Below, piece by piece: positions 60,361-64,000 of a stretch of 64,000 nt of DNA. This DNA is from Nitrosopumilus sp. (GTDB lineage: Archaea > Thermoproteota > Nitrososphaeria > Nitrososphaerales > Nitrosopumilaceae): positions 96,001 to 160,000 of the forward strand of contig OY763927.2 of the NCBI GenBank assembly GCA_963667665.2, written 5' to 3'. How positions within the stretch are numbered: position 1 is the first letter of the stretch; the number at the start of each line of letters is the position of its first letter. The translations under genes were made by a program, and so were the position numbers. The notes beneath the pieces are model-generated. The model saw only the letters and a list, made by a program, of their open reading frames with translations. It was not told the origin of the DNA and searched no databases.

Positions 60361-62388
60361 ATGGCAGAAAATAACCTCATTAATGAAACAAGTCCATATT
60401 TGCTTCAACATGCAAACAATCCTGTACAATGGTATGGATGGAATGATGAGGCATTACAAAAAGCAAAAAATGAAAACAAACCAATTTTTCTAAGTATTGG
60501 ATATAGTGCATGTCATTGGTGTCATGTAATGGCACACGAATCATTTGAGAATGAAGAAGTTGCAAAATTCATGAATGAAAATTTTGTAAACATCAAAGTA
60601 GATAGAGAAGAAAGACCAGACATTGATGATATTTATCAAAAAGTTTGTCAGATAGCAACAGGTCAAGGTGGTTGGCCATTGAGTATCTTTCTTACTCCAG
60701 ATCAAAAACCATTCTATGCTGGAACTTATTTTCCTGTATTGGATTCTTATGGACGTCCAGGTTTTGGAAGTATTTGCAGGCAACTCTCACAAGCATGGAA
60801 AGAAAAACCAAAAGATATTGAAAAATCAGCTGAGAAATTTCTTGATACATTAAACAAAGCAGAGGCTATCAAAGTTCCATCAAAACTAGAACGAATAATT
60901 CTTGATGAGGCTGCAATGAATTTGTTTCAATTAGGTGATCCAAATTATGGTGGATTTGGTGGTGCTCCTAAATTTCCTAATGCTGCAAATGTTTCATTTT
61001 TGTTTCGTTATGCAAAACTTTCAGGTCTCTCAAAATTTAATGAATTTGGGCTCAAAACTCTTAATAAAATGGCAAAGGGTGGAATTTTTGATCAAATTGG
61101 AGGTGGTTTTCATAGATACTCAACTGATGCAAAGTGGTTGGTTCCTCATTTTGAAAAGATGCTATACGACAATGCTTTGATTCCAGTAAATTATGCGGAA
61201 GCTTATCAGATAACTAAAGATCCTTTCTATCTTGATGTATTACAAAAAACACTTGATTTTGTTTTACGCGAAATGACTTCCCCAGAAGGAGGATTTTACT
61301 CTGCATATGATGCAGACTCTGAAGGTGTGGAAGGGAAATTTTATGTTTGGACAAAAAGTGAAATCAAAGAAATTCTTGGTGATGCTGCTGATATCTTCTG
61401 TCTTTACTATGATGTAACTGATGGAGGAAATTGGGAAGGAAACAGCATTCTGTGCAATAATATCAATATCTTCTCTGTTGCTTTTAATTTTGGAATAACT
61501 GAAGAGAAGATTAGAGAGATTTTAAAATCATGTTCTGAAAAATTATTAAAAGTTCGTTCTATGAGGGTTCCACCTGGTTTAGATGATAAGCTTTTGGTTT
61601 CATGGAACTCATTAATGATTACCGCATTTGCAAAAGGTTATCGTGTAACAAATGATCCTCGATACCTTGATGCTGCAAAAGCCTGTATTTCTCTCATTGA
61701 AAACAAACTTTTTGAAGGTGATTCACTATTACGAACTTACAAAAATGGAACAGCAAAAATTGATGGATATCTTGAAGATTATTCCTATTTTACAAACGCA
61801 TTACTAGATGTCTTTGAAATTGAACCAGAATCCAAATATCTTAAACTAGCTTTGAAACTTGGATATCATTTAGTAGAACACTTTTGGGATTCTGAGAACA
61901 ATAGCTTTTTTATGACTTCAGATGAACACGAAAAACTAATCATTCGACCAAAAAGCAATTATGATTTATCTTTACCCTCTGGAAATTCTGTTTCTGCTTT
62001 TGTTATGCTTAGATTGTATCATTTGTCTCAAGAACAAAAATTCCTTAAAATTACCACAAAAATTCTAGAATCTCAGGCACAAATGGCTGCTGAAAACCCA
62101 TTTGGATTTGGATATCTGCTTAACACTCTTTCTATCTATTTAGAAAAACCATTAGAGATTACCATCATCAACCCTGAAAATTCTGAACTATGCAAATCAC
62201 TTCTTACAAACTATTTACCTAATTCCTTTATGATCACAATTCAAAATTCTACTCAGTTAGAAAATCTATCTGAATATCCTTTCTTTGCAGGGAAAATTTT
62301 TGAAAACAAAACTTCAGTTTTCATTTGTAAGAATTTTTCTTGCTCTTTACCATTACATACCCTTGATGAGATAAATTCACATCTTTAG
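60361..62388 (+). CDS. YyaL/SPATA20-family protein (thioredoxin + alpha/alpha-barrel)
   Basis: [37 protein letters not shown]. Confidence 0.94.
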   Translation: MAENNLINETSPYLLQHANNPVQWYGWNDEALQKAKNENKPIFLSIGYSACHWCHVMAHESFENEEVAKFMNENFVNIKVDREERPDIDDIYQKVCQIATGQGGWPLSIFLTPDQKPFYAGTYFPVLDSYGRPGFGSICRQLSQAWKEKPKDIEKSAEKFLDTLNKAEAIKVPSKLERIILDEAAMNLFQLGDPNYGGFGGAPKFPNAANVSFLFRYAKLSGLSKFNEFGLKTLNKMAKGGIFDQIGGGFHRYSTDAKWLVPHFEKMLYDNALIPVNYAEAYQITKDPFYLDVLQKTLDFVLREMTSPEGGFYSAYDADSEGVEGKFYVWTKSEIKEILGDAADIFCLYYDVTDGGNWEGNSILCNNINIFSVAFNFGITEEKIREILKSCSEKLLKVRSMRVPPGLDDKLLVSWNSLMITAFAKGYRVTNDPRYLDAAKACISLIENKLFEGDSLLRTYKNGTAKIDGYLEDYSYFTNALLDVFEIEPESKYLKLALKLGYHLVEHFWDSENNSFFMTSDEHEKLIIRPKSNYDLSLPSGNSVSAFVMLRLYHLSQEQKFLKITTKILESQAQMAAENPFGFGYLLNTLSIYLEKPLEITIINPENSELCKSLLTNYLPNSFMITIQNSTQLENLSEYPFFAGKIFENKTSVFICKNFSCSLPLHTLDEINSHL

Positions 62389-62705
62389 ATTTTTTTCATA
62401 TCTATCCCAATAATATTTCCAACTTGAGGTCTTCCCATATTATCATATCTTGATTTTGGCATTGCTATTGTGATTTGTGTCTGTTGATATGTTTTGATAT
62501 TTACAGTTGGTTGAGATTGTAATATCGCTTCTAATAATGGCATTACTTGTTCTTTAGTTTCAGAATCAAGCTTTTTTGCAACATTTTCAATGATCAATTG
62601 TTTTTGTGAAATTGGCTCAGTTGAGACATTTTCAATTAATGTCAATTGAATCATTTGACCATTATCAACTATCTGTGAAATTTTGAATTCATTTGTTGCC
62701 GACAA
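62385..62705 (-). CDS. Hypothetical protein resembling arcadin-1
   Basis: [15 protein letters not shown]...QITI...[15 protein letters not shown]. Confidence 0.5.
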   Translation of the reverse strand: MSATNEFKISQIVDNGQMIQLTLIENVSTEPISQKQLIIENVAKKLDSETKEQVMPLLEAILQSQPTVNIKTYQQTQITIAMPKSRYDNMGRPQVGNIIGIDMKKI

Positions 62706-62736
62706 TGCTTTATTCTATTTTCTTAATGATTTATCT

Positions 62737-62829
62737 TTAACGAATTGAAAAATATAGCGCAAATGCAGCTATTGCCACAGCTGAGGACACACCTAGCCCA
62801 AAGATGATTTTGCTTCCATCCACATTCAT
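62737..62829 (-). CDS. 30-aa single-TM micropeptide (missing from ORF track)
   Basis: MNVDGSKIIFGLGVSSAVAIAAFALYFSIR; TTTAAT TATA-like about 25 nt upstream. Confidence 0.6.
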   Translation of the reverse strand: MNVDGSKIIFGLGVSSAVAIAAFALYFSIR

Positions 62830-63001
62830 AATTCTTATTTTTACAAATACCATTAAACTGTAACTAATTTCTATTTCTTGAAAATCTCTTTACTGATGAT
62901 TCCTACGTAAGTGTTTTAATAGATTATTCGTAATTTTTCATATCGCAAGCCAACACGAATTGTATTCAAATACCTGCGATGATACGACCACGTCCAACAG
63001 G

Positions 63002-63023
63002 AGAGTGTCCAATTGGACACTCT
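63002..63023. repeat. Perfect 22-bp palindrome (hairpin) just past the stop of 63030..63380
   Basis: AGAGTGTCCAATTGGACACTCT. Confidence 0.9.
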
Positions 63024-63029
63024 TTCTAA

Positions 63030-63380
63030 TTAAAAATCATTCATCACTTTTTGTTGAATTTTCAGGCTTTCGTCTGCTTTGTTTTTCTTATTTTGCAGCC
63101 CAGATTGAGTAAGTAAGGATTTTTTGATTAGTGGTGCTCGCTCTTTAATTATCTGATTGAATTCTTGCATATCTTCCAAACTTGGTGTTTCTCGCTGGTT
63201 TTGGTATGTCTGTAAAAATCCAGAATACACACATCCTGTGATAATTCCAAATGCTGTATCTGGAACCGATTCTATCTCTGGTACAAAATTCTCTGCAATT
63301 TGTCTATATGACTCTGATTCACTAATGTAATAATCAATTAAACTATCAATGAACTCTTTATTCTCATTAGAAATTACCAT
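63030..63380 (-). CDS. Hypothetical protein
   Basis: ORF track; DTAFGIITGCVYSGF core; TATA TTAAATA upstream. Confidence 0.75.
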   Translation of the reverse strand: MVISNENKEFIDSLIDYYISESESYRQIAENFVPEIESVPDTAFGIITGCVYSGFLQTYQNQRETPSLEDMQEFNQIIKERAPLIKKSLLTQSGLQNKKNKADESLKIQQKVMNDF

Positions 63381-63454
63381 GACTTTTTCTCCTTTTCCTA
63401 GTTTATTTAACTGTCTTTGATTAATTGTTTATTTATTCATAAATTATTTCCTAA

Positions 63455-63913
63455 ATGTTGTGGAAATTAGAATTAGAAGAAATTTTTTTTCATATATATG
63501 ATTCCAAAAAATTGATTGCAGGATATTTTGATCCTGATTACGGTGATCTTCACCCAAAAGAAAATTCAGAAGAAATTATTTTATCAATGTTAAAAAATCA
63601 CGACAAAATTTTAGGCGGATTGATCATGGTTCCTCTAGTCAAGTTCAAATTGTTTGACACTGATTTAGAAACTAGTATTTCTGAAGTAGAAAAAAATGTG
63701 ATTCGAGTAAATGAGCATTTACAGAAATGGAAAAATTTCTTATCTCAAACTAATCATAAAATTCACTCTGTTAGAATATCTCATACTGATCAAGATATGT
63801 TGACAATTACTTTTCCGATGAAATTCTCAAAACCAACACCCCTAGAAAAAACAAAATTACTTGAAGAAATTTTTCCTACTTTAGATTTGTTGCAGAAATC
63901 AGGTTTGCTGTGA
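63455..63913 (+). CDS. Hypothetical protein
   Basis: ORF track, 152 aa. Confidence 0.7.
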   Translation: MLWKLELEEIFFHIYDSKKLIAGYFDPDYGDLHPKENSEEIILSMLKNHDKILGGLIMVPLVKFKLFDTDLETSISEVEKNVIRVNEHLQKWKNFLSQTNHKIHSVRISHTDQDMLTITFPMKFSKPTPLEKTKLLEEIFPTLDLLQKSGLL

Positions 63914-64000
63914 TTTTACCTGAATATCTTGTAATTCCAATGTATACAGATAATGCTCCAACTAACAAAACAAGTGCTCCTACAGGAAATTCTGGAACAG
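63876..64000 (-). CDS. C-terminus of a PEF-CTERM/PEFG-type surface protein (5'-truncated by window edge)
   Basis: VPEFPVGALVLLVGALSVYIGITRYSGK...NLK-stop: PEF motif, TM helix, basic residues. Confidence 0.75.
   Translation of the reverse strand, partial: VPEFPVGALVLLVGALSVYIGITRYSGKITANLISATNLK

Noticed and set aside
1413-61180. Many short overlapping or antisense ORFs in the track (e.g. 1702..2130, 33371..33808, 49714..50250, 59615..60049)
   Set aside because: Lie within well-supported genes and show no recognisable motifs; typical shadow frames
44554-62388. CxxCH motifs (DUF2024 CQFCH, 50-aa CKRCH, YyaL CHWCH) as c-type heme sites
   Set aside because: No signal peptides; motifs fit Zn-binding or thioredoxin families; AOA are known to lack cytochrome c
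62893-62935. CTGATGA as a hammerhead core or C box
   Set aside because: No stem II plus GAAA, and no D box at suitable distance

Overview
AT-rich, densely coding chromosomal segment of an ammonia-oxidising archaeon (Nitrosopumilus-like Thaumarchaeota). The assignment is inferred from the AOA-type nirK, divergent FtsZ, multiple cupredoxins, CFI-box/PEF-CTERM proteins and archaeal informational genes. Content is mostly core genome: LysW-dependent Arg/Lys cluster, sulfonate/nitrate-type ABC transporter, split MetH plus MetF, L39e/L31e/L15e, nirK, nurA-herA-mre11-rad50, nadX/A/C, rpo7/spt4, H+-PPase, ctaB, cdc48, EF-1beta, pth2 and truD. I saw no rRNA, tRNA, transposase or CRISPR array. Reading beyond the ORF track gave several mini-genes (lysW, rpl39e, a desulforedoxin-like 42-mer, a Cys/His 50-mer, a 30-aa TM peptide), a canonical box C/D sRNA and a structured RNA upstream of rpl15e. 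It also gave a half-size DOHH-like HE-HE HEAT protein among redox genes, a CARF-like/wHTH regulator with its own palindromic operator, an orphan arcadin-1-like gene, apparent absence of argH from the arg cluster, and a perfect 17x15-bp repeat in L31e. All family calls come from motif recognition by eye; no database searches were run.
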